From Zancudomyces culisetae HAW-14-8 (taxonomy: Eukaryota; Fungi; Kickxellomycota), in the NCBI GenBank assembly GCA_052426225.1, contig JBNJNM010000021.1, forward strand, positions 2,542,001 to 2,606,000: 64,000 nucleotides of DNA, in the 5' to 3' direction. The stretch's first letter is position 1, and each line of letters starts with the position of its first letter. The translations under genes and the position numbers were made by a program. Below the pieces are notes generated by a model that searched no databases, had not been told where the DNA came from, and was given only the letters and a program-made list of their open reading frames with translations. Of the stretch, positions 1 to 12,233 are shown one piece after another.

Positions 1-3000
1 CAGTATGAGACCAATCAGGAGCGGCTAGAAATGATTATCGAAGAGTTGGAGTCTGAAAATTACACCACCAAGAAAGCGTATAGTGAGCTGCTGGGCGAAT
101 TTGATGACGTTTGTTCACAACTACAAGATATGCACAACCGTCGAACCGCATCTGGGTCGTTTGTACGAGATGAAAGTACCGCAAACAGGTTGAACAGGGC
201 AGCTAGCAATGAGCTTTTGAATTCCAGCTTACCAATTAACCAGATGTTTTCAGATGTTGAATATGACAACAACGGTTTGGAAGCTTCCATTTCCAATAAA
301 CAAAAAAGATTGAGTGGCGGAAACCTCGAGGTTGGAAATAGAAACTCTGGCTATTTTGAATCAACTTTTTCGAGTCTGCGTTCGTTGGGTGCCAAATCTC
401 TGCTAAATAGGAGGCTGTCATTAAACCAGAATGGACGTGTTAATGGTGACACCGGGTTGGTTAACGAGAACGGAGCTTCTTTAGATGGTCTAGATAGAGG
501 TGACGATAACCACGAAAGCGACAATGAATGCGATTTTGAAGCTGGAGGTCTCAAGTCAGTAGTGGCGGAGTACGAGCAGCTTATAAAAGAACTCGAACAG
601 GAGCTGACCAAGAAGAACGAGGAGCTTCAATCAAAGGATTTGATGCTTTCAGTCAAAAACACGACGGCTTCGTATTCAGCTTCACTAGCGAACTCACAAA
701 AAGAGCAGCTGAGTGTTTTGAAAGAACAGGTTGAACATTTTATGCAGAAGGCCAAACTTGAAGAGGAGAAGCGTATCACATTAGAAACTGAACTTAAAGT
801 GATGGCAGAGGCTAAAGAGGCTTCTGCTAAAAGCGTAGAACTTCGGTCTATTCAGGTTTCTGATGACATAAAGAAAGAAACAGAAAGACTTGTTTCTGAG
901 AAAGAGGCGGCTATTCAAAAAGTAGTTGCCGATTTTACCATGCAGTTGGAGGATAAAGACCAAAGCCACACTAAAACATTGGCAGAGGTCAAGGAAAAAT
1001 TAGTGCACGACGTTCAGGAACTTCAAACATCAAACGAAAAAGTAATCAGCGAGATGGCTAACGAGTATCAACAAAGAATCGACGTATTGGAGGAGGAGCT
1101 GCAAGATTCACTAGAAAAGATTAAGGACCTAGAGATGGAAGTTTGTAAGCTTGAGGATACGGGCAAACAGCAACAGGTGGAGCTTGATGAATACTCTGAT
1201 TTGCTTACTCTAAAGGTAGATGAGCTCACTAAAACACGACGAGAATTGGAACAAAGGACTGCCGAATTAAGCGCCAAGGTTGAAATTCTAAAAGACATTG
1301 AAAAAAGGTCGGTGATTCTTGAAGAGTCGTTGACAAATAAAATGGTTTATATAGAAGAACTTGAGCGAGAATTGAAAGAAAAGGGCGACCAGTTTACGAG
1401 GTCTACAGGTTCGCTTGAACAAACCGAACAAAACTATAGCAAGCTTCTTTCAGAACTTGCAGATAAAAATGCACAGCTCAGCTATATGGAATCACAAATA
1501 GCTATTTCCGAGAATTTTGCCAGTAGCCGAGGAAAACTTGTTGATGAAACAACAGAAAGTTTGAAAAACTTGGTTCAGATGTTTGAAAGACCAGTCAATC
1601 AGGGTGAACTTGCTGCTATCGGTAATTCTGGCACGACAGAATCGCGTGACATCACAAACATTGTGAACGGAAGTGGAGATGGAGATGGATATGGATATGG
1701 ATATGTGGCGAATAACTCGATTGAACATTTGAAACTCCGGGCAAGCAATGTCAGTCAATTGGCCTCCAGTCCCGTTCAGAATTCATTTGATAGCCACACA
1801 CAGAACCTCAAGGACCTCGTTGAATCGTTGGTGTTGAGGATTAACCATAATGAAAAAGTTAAACGTGAGTTGTTAGTCGTGAATGAAAACCTGTTATCTG
1901 CAGTTGAAGAACTAGAGGCGCAGGTTACAGGCCCCAAACTTCTTGATGCTATCCAAGAAAAGAAGGAGATGGAGGTTCAAACCGAAATAGAAGCTGTTGA
2001 TAGAGACTTGGAACTAGCAGTGGCGCTTGAAGATCAACTAACCCGTTCCAGGCTGATTATCCAGCAAGCACGGAGGGAGATACAAATGGCAGCAGAACTT
2101 CGAGGCAGCAATCAATACCAGGAAAATGGCATGGACGACGAGTATCTGGATGAAGACGACGAGCTGGAAAAGAATCTCCGCTCCCTGGAGTCAGCCGTTG
2201 ATGAAATCATCGAGGATGCAAACCATTCATCACAACCGAATGGTGGATATCCAGCCGTTGTCAGTTATCAGATTTATCGCGGAGTGGTTGAGGAAAAGAA
2301 GCGGCTTGCCTTTGAAGTTGGAAGATATCAATTAGATATGGATGCTATGCATGCTCGTATTAAGGAGTTGGAGGATACTGCAGCCGATGCTGATTATCTT
2401 CACCAAAAACTTGTAGGACAAGAGGCCTACTATCCAACACACACTCCAGTGCATGATGGTGAGTTATTAAAGGACAAAGCCTCATACGAAAGTCTAGACA
2501 GGCCTTACTTTATGGGAGAGGAATACACTATTGGCCATGATGATGTTAGACGTATGCCATCAGCAAGTGCGTTCGGGAATCCCAGAGTACACACGAACCC
2601 ACAGACATACGACCCACACCAAGAGTATTCCCATCTTGTGAACCAAATGACACCGCTTCCCGAAGATGACTCTACTGATACTCGCAACATCTCTACAAAA
2701 CCTAGCTTGGGTTTAAGAAGAGCCGATTCCGCAAACGCAGGTTTTCTCGCTGATGACTTTGATCATGTCGATTTCTTTGTTGATGAATTCATTCAATCAA
2801 ATGTCATCAAAAATAATTTTGCAAAGCAAGGTGATTATTACATAGATAATAACCAAGGCAAGAGTCAAATTGGTGTTGGCAATAAAACTGAAAACGAAAA
2901 TCATGGTGAGAATGAGGATGAAAATGAGGATGAAAATGAGAATGGAAATAAAAACGGAGATGGCAACGAAAATGAGAACGAAAACGGAAACGGAAACGGA

Positions 3001-4128
3001 AATGGAAATAAAATTGGGGATGACCGTGGTAGTGAGAACACGAATCAAAGATACCACGAGAACGATTCCGACTACGGCTCTGAATCTTACCCAACCAATG
3101 AACAGCGAAATGCTTCACCCTCGATGCTTTCAAAGTTGGACAAGATTACCTCTGTAACTAATTCCGACAGCATTGCTAAATACGCAGAATCTCAAAACGA
3201 AGACAAAATGATGTTTGACTCCAGAGTGTCTATTCAGTATGACTCTGATATCAACTCGGCTTCGTTTGCAAGAAACAATCTCAGCGCCCACAACATTGGC
3301 GACCATGTCCTCTCCGCCAAAAAATCCACAGGACTTGTCAAATCATCCTCCAATTTCTCTGATTCTATGGATGTAGATATCCCTCAATACAAATCTAGTA
3401 TTTCTAGAAATGATCCTAATGCGACAACCAACCACGTCAACACCAGTACATTGGTCCTAGGCGATACCCAGATCACTGGTTATAGCTTTGATGAAAATGA
3501 CTCTGAATTTGCTAATGCTTCTCTGATACAGCCGCATGAGCGATCCATAAATCCTACTACTAATACTACTACTACTACTACTACCACTAAACTCATCAAA
3601 GATCTTTCACAACAAGAGCTTTTTGCCCGTGTTGAAGATAAACAAGTTGCCGATGCCATAGCCAAACTGATCTTGAAAAAGGACCACGAAATACTACAGT
3701 ATTCTCAGCGCCTGGAGATTATACAACGTGAGCTTGATTCCAATTTAAAACTGCTCAAGTCTTGTCAATCCGACTTGCTAACCAAATCAGACAAAGTTTT
3801 AGTACTCGAACAGGAGTTGTATAGCCAACAAGTGCTAATTACCTCTCTCCAACGAGATATCGACAAACTCGAGATACAAATCGATAACCTCACTAATGCA
3901 AAAGAGCACAATTCTGTTGAGGTTGACCGTCTTAATACAGAATCCACTTCTCTCCACGAACAAATCGATCGTCTGTATGCCCAGCTCCAAGAAACCAAAC
4001 TCAAGGCCGAGAATGAAGCTAAGGACCGTGATATTTGGAAAAACAGATTCCAGGACTTACAAGAAGAAATGGAAGAACAGCTTAAGCTCAGAAATAATAA
4101 AAAGTCCTCTGGTTTCTTGTGCTTCTAA
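1..4128 (+). CDS. Large coiled-coil protein, 5'-incomplete (frame open from base 1); possibly a cytoskeletal or kinesin-type tail
   Basis: ORF of at least 1365 aa with long E/K/L/Q heptad stretches, an N/E/G low-complexity block and a C-terminal basic+Cys end (KKSSGFLCF); no catalytic motif seen. Confidence 0.75.
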   Translation, partial: QYETNQERLEMIIEELESENYTTKKAYSELLGEFDDVCSQLQDMHNRRTASGSFVRDESTANRLNRAASNELLNSSLPINQMFSDVEYDNNGLEASISNKQKRLSGGNLEVGNRNSGYFESTFSSLRSLGAKSLLNRRLSLNQNGRVNGDTGLVNENGASLDGLDRGDDNHESDNECDFEAGGLKSVVAEYEQLIKELEQELTKKNEELQSKDLMLSVKNTTASYSASLANSQKEQLSVLKEQVEHFMQKAKLEEEKRITLETELKVMAEAKEASAKSVELRSIQVSDDIKKETERLVSEKEAAIQKVVADFTMQLEDKDQSHTKTLAEVKEKLVHDVQELQTSNEKVISEMANEYQQRIDVLEEELQDSLEKIKDLEMEVCKLEDTGKQQQVELDEYSDLLTLKVDELTKTRRELEQRTAELSAKVEILKDIEKRSVILEESLTNKMVYIEELERELKEKGDQFTRSTGSLEQTEQNYSKLLSELADKNAQLSYMESQIAISENFASSRGKLVDETTESLKNLVQMFERPVNQGELAAIGNSGTTESRDITNIVNGSGDGDGYGYGYVANNSIEHLKLRASNVSQLASSPVQNSFDSHTQNLKDLVESLVLRINHNEKVKRELLVVNENLLSAVEELEAQVTGPKLLDAIQEKKEMEVQTEIEAVDRDLELAVALEDQLTRSRLIIQQARREIQMAAELRGSNQYQENGMDDEYLDEDDELEKNLRSLESAVDEIIEDANHSSQPNGGYPAVVSYQIYRGVVEEKKRLAFEVGRYQLDMDAMHARIKELEDTAADADYLHQKLVGQEAYYPTHTPVHDGELLKDKASYESLDRPYFMGEEYTIGHDDVRRMPSASAFGNPRVHTNPQTYDPHQEYSHLVNQMTPLPEDDSTDTRNISTKPSLGLRRADSANAGFLADDFDHVDFFVDEFIQSNVIKNNFAKQGDYYIDNNQGKSQIGVGNKTENENHGENEDENEDENENGNKNGDGNENENENGNGNGNGNKIGDDRGSENTNQRYHENDSDYGSESYPTNEQRNASPSMLSKLDKITSVTNSDSIAKYAESQNEDKMMFDSRVSIQYDSDINSASFARNNLSAHNIGDHVLSAKKSTGLVKSSSNFSDSMDVDIPQYKSSISRNDPNATTNHVNTSTLVLGDTQITGYSFDENDSEFANASLIQPHERSINPTTNTTTTTTTTKLIKDLSQQELFARVEDKQVADAIAKLILKKDHEILQYSQRLEIIQRELDSNLKLLKSCQSDLLTKSDKVLVLEQELYSQQVLITSLQRDIDKLEIQIDNLTNAKEHNSVEVDRLNTESTSLHEQIDRLYAQLQETKLKAENEAKDRDIWKNRFQDLQEEMEEQLKLRNNKKSSGFLCF

Positions 4129-4646
4129 TCAAGCCTCGTAAATAATACTTAAAATCTAGCTTTTAACTTTTTATTTTCCTTTTTCTTTGTTCTTTCTTTC
4201 TTTACCCCTTCATTAGTTTGCAAGTCTATTTTTAGCTGTTATTGTTTTTTATACTTGTTCTTTTCGTATTATTTACCAACCCATTATTTGTTACTCACAC
4301 TCTTATTTCATATATATCTTGAAAGTATCACATACAATATATTTTAATTACTCCCCCCATTGCAATTCCGCAAAGTATAAGCAAAACCATCTCAAACTAC
4401 AATTACAAACAATAAAAAGAAACATAATACAGTCTCACTGTATATTATTTTGAAACTCTTTTTATTCTTTTTTTTGGTGGTTTTTTTATGTGCAATTTAT
4501 AGATAAAGCCAATGACAAAAATATATAACACTATTGATTATGCAAAGAAACAGAGAATAACAGTACAAGTAACTAAACATGTGTATATAAAGACACATTT
4601 TCAAAAAAAATAATCCAGAAAAACCAGAAAACCGTCACCGTCAATT

Positions 4647-6653
4647 CTATCGCGTTCTTTTTGCCTTTTCGTTCCTATTAGACGCCAGCAAACGGTTATA
4701 TTTATCTACTGGAAAGCTGCTAGGAACCCTTTCAATCTCACTACTGGGGAAAATCAGTTCAAAGAAAAAATATAGCAAATAATCAACAACTGCTACCATA
4801 CAAAACAGCTTCCCGGCAACCCAACCACATCCATAATACAAGCGCAACCTTTCAACCAAGGGGGGTTCCAGATCATCAACAATTTTGTAGTATACAAGTT
4901 CGGTTCGGTAGGCAATGTCATGCCAGTTATACATTTTTTTGACTTGGTTGTGGAAGCTTTCAGGAGTCATCAAATGATGTTTTGAATTTTGAACACGCTT
5001 CGATAGTTTGCCTAGATACTTGTGCTCAAGCTTAGAGGTAAGAAGCATATGTGGATTGTCATGCATGTCATTTCCTGGGTGTGGGGTAAATTCAGAATCC
5101 GGTGTAGTAGTAAAGTTTGTGCCCGAATCGGATGAATAACCAACATCTTCGTCTTCGGAAGAATAGCTGTCGCTTGTACCCGATGAGTTGCAGTTCTGGC
5201 AAATCTCAGCCAAATTGCTGTCGTTTGAAATTACCGGGCCTTGGCTGTTCGCCTGTTCCACAGAACATTCTCGTAACTCCTTTCTCCTATACAACACTTT
5301 GGCTATTGCTTTATCAAGCGAGGAAACAATGTCGTTTTCCTCCGGTTTTGCAAAGGTAATCATGTGTTTGGGTAGAACCTCCGGAATACCACCAACCTTT
5401 GTTGAAACTACCAACAAGCCACATGATGCTGCCTCCACTATTCCTATACAAAACGCCTCTGTTAGACTTGTGTTTAGGAATATATCTCCCAAAATGAGGG
5501 TATCTCGCACTTGCGATGCCACAATTCTTCCTAGTAACTCCACTCGATCTTGTAGGTGATATTTTTCTCGCATTTGCTCCAAATCTACCCGTTTAGTTCC
5601 ATCACCACCAATCACAAACCTTACATTTTTGTGCTTAATACACACCCTTGGTATTGCTGCCATCAACAAATCTATACCTTTCCTATAAACTAATCTACTC
5701 AGCACGACTATTGTCACCCAATCTGTCTTATCATTATTTAACTCCTGCTCCGCCTGATTCCTAGGTTTAAAGTGCTCTGATATTATTGCATTCGGAATAG
5801 CGCTTACAAGTCGGGGATCAAGTGCTGCTCTAAGAACCGTGTTTTCTTTACTTGTATGTGAAACACATATTACGTGGTTAACGTCAGAAAGCGTGAATTT
5901 CAACAATTTATTCATCAATATTCCGCTTGTATCTGCAAAACCCAACAGTGAATGATCCGTAAATACCGTTTTCAACCCCATTGTTCGGGCGTGTAATATC
6001 GCTTCGTGGCACAATGTAGAAAAGGCCTATTATTTTTCAACGGTAATCAGTATAAAAAAAAACAAAAAAGGAAAAATCAAACATCTTGTTTTACTATTAT
6101 GAATACTGTTAGCAGAAACGTACCTGATGCCCATGAACAATTTCAATTTCTTCTCGAATGAATATATTTCGAAAGATTGGAAATGTACTGAAAAATGTTG
6201 GCAATGAGGCTTGACTAGCTATTACTGGCGCTGGTACGTAATACACCTTCAAGCCACCTGCCAAATACCGAATTCCATTTCTATTCCCGTAACTGTGCGT
6301 AACCACGATGACCTGGTCAGATTCAAATAATTAAAGTTTAGTTTACAGTTCTTCATATTCATTTAAACAAGTTTGCTTTTTTGTTTGTTAAAAAGGAGGG
6401 GAGGGGGAAGGAAATGAAGAAAACAAGAAAAACAGTGGAGATTTACCTTATGCCCTCTTTGGATCAAACACTGTGAGTTATGATAAACATGACTTTCTAC
6501 ACCACCGAGATTAGGATAGAAAAAGTCTGAAACCATGCTATTGATTGATATTTCATGAGAAAATCAACAATATGGCTTATTTTTCATTTTGCATAATAAA
6601 CTATCAAATTCTTACCATATACTCAATCTGCGCTTGCCATTCAAATTTTCCAT
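4647..6653 (-). CDS. GPI3: Phosphatidylinositol N-acetylglucosaminyltransferase catalytic subunit (PIG-A/GPI3), 4 exons
   Basis: Spliced translation [29 protein letters not shown]...[13 protein letters not shown]...[14 protein letters not shown]; GT4 motif [19 protein letters not shown]; GT-AG introns at ~6538-6615, ~6314-6446, ~6027-6123. Confidence 0.93.
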
Positions 6654-7978
6654 TTTCGTGTAGCTTTGTTGTCTTCAATAAGAGTGCGGATTTATACTGT
6701 ACCTATCATTACATTTCCTCTTTCGAAAAAAAGCTTTCAATTATGTATTATTTGATACATTTACTTTTGCACAATAAAAAGACCTTTTTGTTGTGCTAGC
6801 AGGCATATCTATGAATTAAAGTTTGGACTATATTGTCAATAAATAAAAAAAACAATAAATTATAAACGTGCCGATACCAATAATAAATTTTTATGCATTT
6901 TGTGATTGGTAGAAAATAATCACGGAAATCATGGTAAAAAAGATCTGAAAATAAACGCCACATCCCCCACTCCAAAAAAAGCTTGGTATACAAAGTTCAA
7001 CTATACAATAACCCTTGTCCATACTAACTGTACTTATCATGTAAAGGAGTAGGATACACTTCAAAAAATAACAGTCATTTCTGCGGTTATTAGGACTCAA
7101 AAGTGAGTATTTTGAGTTTTTTTTTGATTTATTAGTGCTTTATAGGATGGTAAAAGGATATTAAAAAAGATTAAAAAATTCAAGTACAAAAAAATAAGGC
7201 TATGTTAGTGTAAAAAATATCTTTGCTAGAACGTTCCAACTCTAGTGTTAAGTTGTCCGGATTCTACAAGACTTTCAATGTTTAAAACGTATTTCTGAAA
7301 AGTAAAAATGGTCATTACTATCTTTATCATTTTGTCTAGTAATTAGCCATCAAGAAAAATATAAAATGATGGGTAGTACTCAGCCCCCAACAAAAAAAAA
7401 AGTTAACTTTGATGAGAACTGGCATTGTGATGGTTGAAATATGATAATAACTGCCTGCATTAGTTAATTAGAACAAACAAGAGTAAAGGGGGATAGGTGG
7501 AGCTAAGACTCGAAAATATTAATAAACAGTGAAAATCTGAGTGAGGATAAGCAGGTTGGTTAAAAGTTAAATTGGTATTATTACCCTATGTATAACTTTG
7601 CTACACTTTCAAGCTTAAAAAATAAAAAAAGCACCCTATGTATTGTTAGCATAAGGTTTTGGTTTAAACTTGCTTGTTTTTCACCGAAATGAAGTGCATT
7701 GGAGGTATTATATTTAAACCTGAAGATACAAGATCAAAAGGCCACAAATGCTTTAACGATTAGACATAGGTTTGATATTTCAAAAATTAACACTAAGCAA
7801 AAGCTAAACAACCACTATACATCATGACACAGAGCACAACACTTTGATGGAAAGTAAAAAAATCTAGATCAAGTTTATTAGGTGAAAGCTGATATTAATG
7901 GCAATTAGATTTGTTTGATCCCACCATACAAATAGAATAACCAAATATTAAAAAGAACTTTGAATAAAGTGTTGTATT

Positions 7979-9381
7979 ATGTCTAAAGCCTATAATTTTG
8001 AGAACGAAGGTCTGGAATTTGTGGATAATGTAAAGAGTCTATACGAACTTGCGCTCAGTACAGGCAGAGAACTGCTGAACGAGCCTTTAAACTGTATCGA
8101 CATTGTGGATATCGAAAAAATGTACAATATTTGTAAGGATAAAGCTATCATAAAAAATAACAGATCCTTTAACAACGAACACATGAGATTGATCAAAGTG
8201 TATAAAAGTAACGAGAATAATAAAGACAAAATTGCAAAGACCGGATCCTTCCCAAAAGAAAATGTTTCTGATATTGAAAACACAGTTGATGTTTCTGGTT
8301 TAAACACAAAAGCAAACCCTGAGAATATTGGGTTTTTTACCAAATTGTTCATCGATTATTACAGAAAAAGAATCGACTGTGATGAAAGATACCCTGCACA
8401 ATCAGTTAAAATATGTGATAATGGTAAAATCAAAAACAAAACTTCATCACTAAAGGATAACAAGAAAACAATAAAATTAACAGTACATACAAAGATTTAC
8501 TTGTTGCAGCACATGATGTTCAATATGAATTTTTTACCAAAAAGTATATACCTAGACATTTTTCGTTGTTCATTAAAATATGTAGTGTTAATGGTATCCC
8601 CTTCTTTACAGGAGACTTCAGAATGTGATATCGCAGCAACCAATATGGAATTTTAGTTAAATTTAATTCTCAAATAGGTGGGTAGTATTAGGCTTTGTAG
8701 AAGTGGTCCAAACGCTAGAATTGTATATACACACGACATAGAAAAGAGATTGGAAGGTGACTCTAGCTTTGCAAATAACAGATGCATTTTAGGTCTAGTT
8801 ATAGCCAATATATTAAACGAATATAAAAACGATGCAAAAGTACAAGCTACAAAAAAAAAAGAATTGTATGGTGTCAAGTTCATAGAGTTTTCGTCAGCGT
8901 TATCTAGATTAGATTATGCCGAAACGAAATCGTTGAATTACACAAAAGGTTGTTTTCGGATGATAAAACTAAAATTAATGATGTAATTACAAGATACAAA
9001 CCTTATACGACATTTTATTCCAGCGATATTATTGATAATAGAAAGCAATATAGTCAAATGTTGAAAATATTCGTTGATAAGAAAAATCTTATTATCAACC
9101 AATATTCTAAATTAACATATGATGATATATGTATTGTCAGTTTATTAACAAAAGAATAAGCTATTTACCATTTCGTGAAAACACGTATTTAAAAAATATG
9201 CAAGGACAAAAATAAATGAACCAGGTATTGTTTTAACCAAATGAAAGAGTATTGGAGAAACATCAAAGAATTTATTGAATAGGCGAAGGGCAAAAATAAA
9301 GAAAGCATTGGTGTTAACATCCCAAACTTACATCATATCTACAGATTGCTAAATAAATATAAAGAAATATTCAAGAAATAA
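7979..9381 (+). pseudogene. Decayed ORF of unknown function
   Basis: 7979-8656 and 8678-8986 share a frame but are separated by two TAG codons (or a possible intron 8594-8677). A frameshift to 8950-9159 follows, then further in-frame stops. Confidence 0.45.
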
Positions 9382-10148
9382 TTCGTACACGCATCCATAT
9401 TGCGGAATACTTACTATGCTCGAACCGAAAGCACACACTCTCAAATATCAGCTTTGATGGAAACGAACTACATCACTCCTTTCGTGGAGTGCTCCAAGAA
9501 AAGATTATGCTGGGATACAGGTACCAAATGCACAAAAGGCTCAAACAAACATGGCTTAAAATCAAATGTTCGTGACTTTTTACCGGGTCGCTGACTGTGG
9601 TTGATTCATTTTTTTTTGTCTATTATCATTTAATGTTTTATAGATGCTGTATGAAATTGTAAAAGTTTGAGTTTGTGGAAAATCAGAAATTTTGAGAAAA
9701 CTCCTGCAAATTTTCTGCTGATGGAAATAAAATTTGCTCAAAAAAAAATACATTTGGACAACCAATTACCAATTATTTTCTTATCTTCAAGTACAGAATG
9801 TAGGGTTTAATTCAATTTTTATTTGCGTGTTTTTGCAAGTTGGTTAATATTCTAATTGGGAAAGCACTGGAGAATAAAGTTGCATCCCCAAAGTTAGCAA
9901 TACAAATTTTTTTTTTGTAGATACTGCTTTAATTGTGAGTTTGTGATTAAAAAATTATAATTTATCTTTTAGTAAAAGTCAAAAGCGATAAATTAAAAAT
10001 CAAAGGTAACTGATCTCGATTTCTGTTATATTCTTCTAGATCTCCAGAATTCATCTTTTATAGATTCTCGAGGCATTAATTACTTATTTTCACTTCGAAA
10101 TCCCCGGATAGAAAAGAATTAAAAAGATATCGAATTGAATAGGACAAG

Positions 10149-10568
10149 ATGGTAGAACCAAGAATCAAATACAAGCCCGCCTTTGCTATCAAGGGAATGA
10201 ACGCTGAGAGAGCAGGATATTGGTAAGATTCTTTTATATGTGGAGTATTGTTTTAAATACTGACTGATGCTCAGATCAGATCTTTTAAAGAAAAATTTGA
10301 TTAATCGACCAAGTTCAGGTCTGAAGAGAGAGAGAGAGAGAGAAGGGGGGGCACGTGTATATGTATGGCGGCTGAAATTTATAAATATTCGGTATTGCAA
10401 ATGCTAATGAATTTTCAACACAACTATAGGATGAGATCTTCAGCAAGATGGGGTGTGTTTGCTGGTGTGACTGTAGTATTTTTCGTATCCCAAGTCCCAA
10501 GAGTTAAGCAAGACGTCCTTTCTAAAATCCCAGTTATCGGCTCTTACTGGAAAGACACAGAAGAATAA
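10149..10568 (+). CDS. QCR10: Cytochrome bc1 complex subunit 10 (Qcr10), 2 exons
   Basis: Exon 10149-10222 (MVEPRIKYKPAFAIKGMNAERAGYW), intron 10223-10429 (GTAAGA...GCTAAT...TAG), then MRSSARWGVFAGVTVVFFVSQVPRVKQDVLSKIPVIGSYW, a typical Qcr10 motif. Confidence 0.8.
10325..10342 (+). repeat. (AG)n microsatellite in the QCR10 intron
   Basis: agagagagagagagagag. Confidence 0.85.
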
Positions 10569-11064
10569 ATGAAGATTTAAATACCGATGGGTCATTCAGG
10601 AGAAGAATAAGAGAAGCAAGACCAATTGGCCTGTTCTTTATTTTTTCTTATTTTTATTAACTTTTGAACCTTGTTGGCAGCTCTTTTATTTACTAATAAA
10701 GCAGGATTTAGTGCATAATTTCGGTCACAAAAGGCGTTTATCGTTCCAACACCTACTGAAACCCAGACGAAAACATGACAGCCATGTAGTACAATCGCTT
10801 TCTGGTGTACTTTTATGGCGAAAATGGCGACTTTTTTAGGATAGAAGTATGCCTTTTCGTGGTAAACTTTTTCAGATGCTCATAAGCTTGCTAATTATTA
10901 CCCATTACTTCACAAATATTGGTTTGTATTCTGGTGCAAAGTAGCGTATATGATATGTACATAAAACAAAAGCAATACAAGCACAAACTGGGATGTTAAA
11001 CAACAAAAACTTATAAATAGATCAGACTAGTAATGTCTATAAGTGTATAAAGTGTAAATCTATA

Positions 11065-11526
11065 TCACAATTCGATATCCATACTCTTTTTCAGCTTTTT
11101 GCCAAACTTGACATCGTTTTGTCGTTTCAGCATCAACAAAGAGGACATTCCTGAGTTCAGCAATGAACCTGTAGAGTTTTCTGTAGAGTCTTGGCCTTGA
11201 GGAGCCATTCCTGCGGCAAGTTCAGCTTCTTTTTGCGTATACGCAGGTTCTTTGAGTATTCTCACGCGCTTTTTGTGTATTTTCCCCCTTTTGTGATTGG
11301 AAAGACTTTCCTCATTCACAAAGTGCTTGCTACATTCAATACAATAGTGCTGTCCAAGACCTGGCAAGTCAGCATCTGGTTCTTGATTTTGGATTTTTTC
11401 TAGTGCCTCTGGCTGTGATAGATCTTGTTGGATTTGATCCAAATCCTTTGTTCTTCGCTTAGTTCGATACTTTTTACTAATATCCTTAATATTTTTGTGA
11501 ACTCTTGAGCGTCGCAGTCTACCCAT
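11065..11526 (-). CDS. BUD20: Pre-60S zinc-finger protein Bud20/ZNF593
   Basis: MGRLRRSR, TKRRTKDLDQI, DLPGLGQHYCIECSKHF...H....H C2H2 finger, EPAYTQKEAE. Confidence 0.92.
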   Translation of the reverse strand: MGRLRRSRVHKNIKDISKKYRTKRRTKDLDQIQQDLSQPEALEKIQNQEPDADLPGLGQHYCIECSKHFVNEESLSNHKRGKIHKKRVRILKEPAYTQKEAELAAGMAPQGQDSTENSTGSLLNSGMSSLLMLKRQNDVKFGKKLKKSMDIEL

Positions 11527-12233
11527 TGTGCCTTGTATTCGAGTTTTATTATGGTTCTAAAGTATATTTTAAAATTACAATCAATCAAAGTGGTAAAAAA
11601 GCCTTTTTGCTCGTTTAGAATTTTTTTTTTTACTAAAGAAATCGTCCATGTGCTGTGAGTATGTTTGGCCTGGTTGAATCGAAATGAAAAAATTTTTTTT
11701 ATTGAACCAAAGTTTGTATGATGATAGTTTGCATAAAAGAAAAAAAAGAGCGGAAAAGGACCCTATGTGGTAATTTTTAATCGTGCGATTCGATAATCGG
11801 AAAGCCAAGTTACTAAGCTCATAAAAATCAACCGCGCCTTTTGTTTTAGTAGGCATACAAATGCTTGGTTGAGTTTATCTACAAAACACCGTGCTGTTTG
11901 CATTGAAATGGTATAACGGTAGTTAAGCGGAAACATTTTCTTAGCGAAAAAATACTGAATACAATCCCGAGTAGTGTCGTAAGCTTATGTTTTAAAACTT
12001 CTGTTGCTCAAATAATCTGCATGAACAACCACGATCCAAATATTTTCAACAAAACTCTTTTGGTGTAGATGCAATTGGTAATTTGAATCTTTAAATAAAA
12101 GTAACACAAAGTGACAATCCAACTAAAAAGAAAGAGTTAGCAAGTAAGAAAAATAAAATATGCAATATTCTTAAATCTTGATTTTACACATTCGAACCAG
12201 AATTATAATAATTGAAAAGTGTAAAGTGAAATA

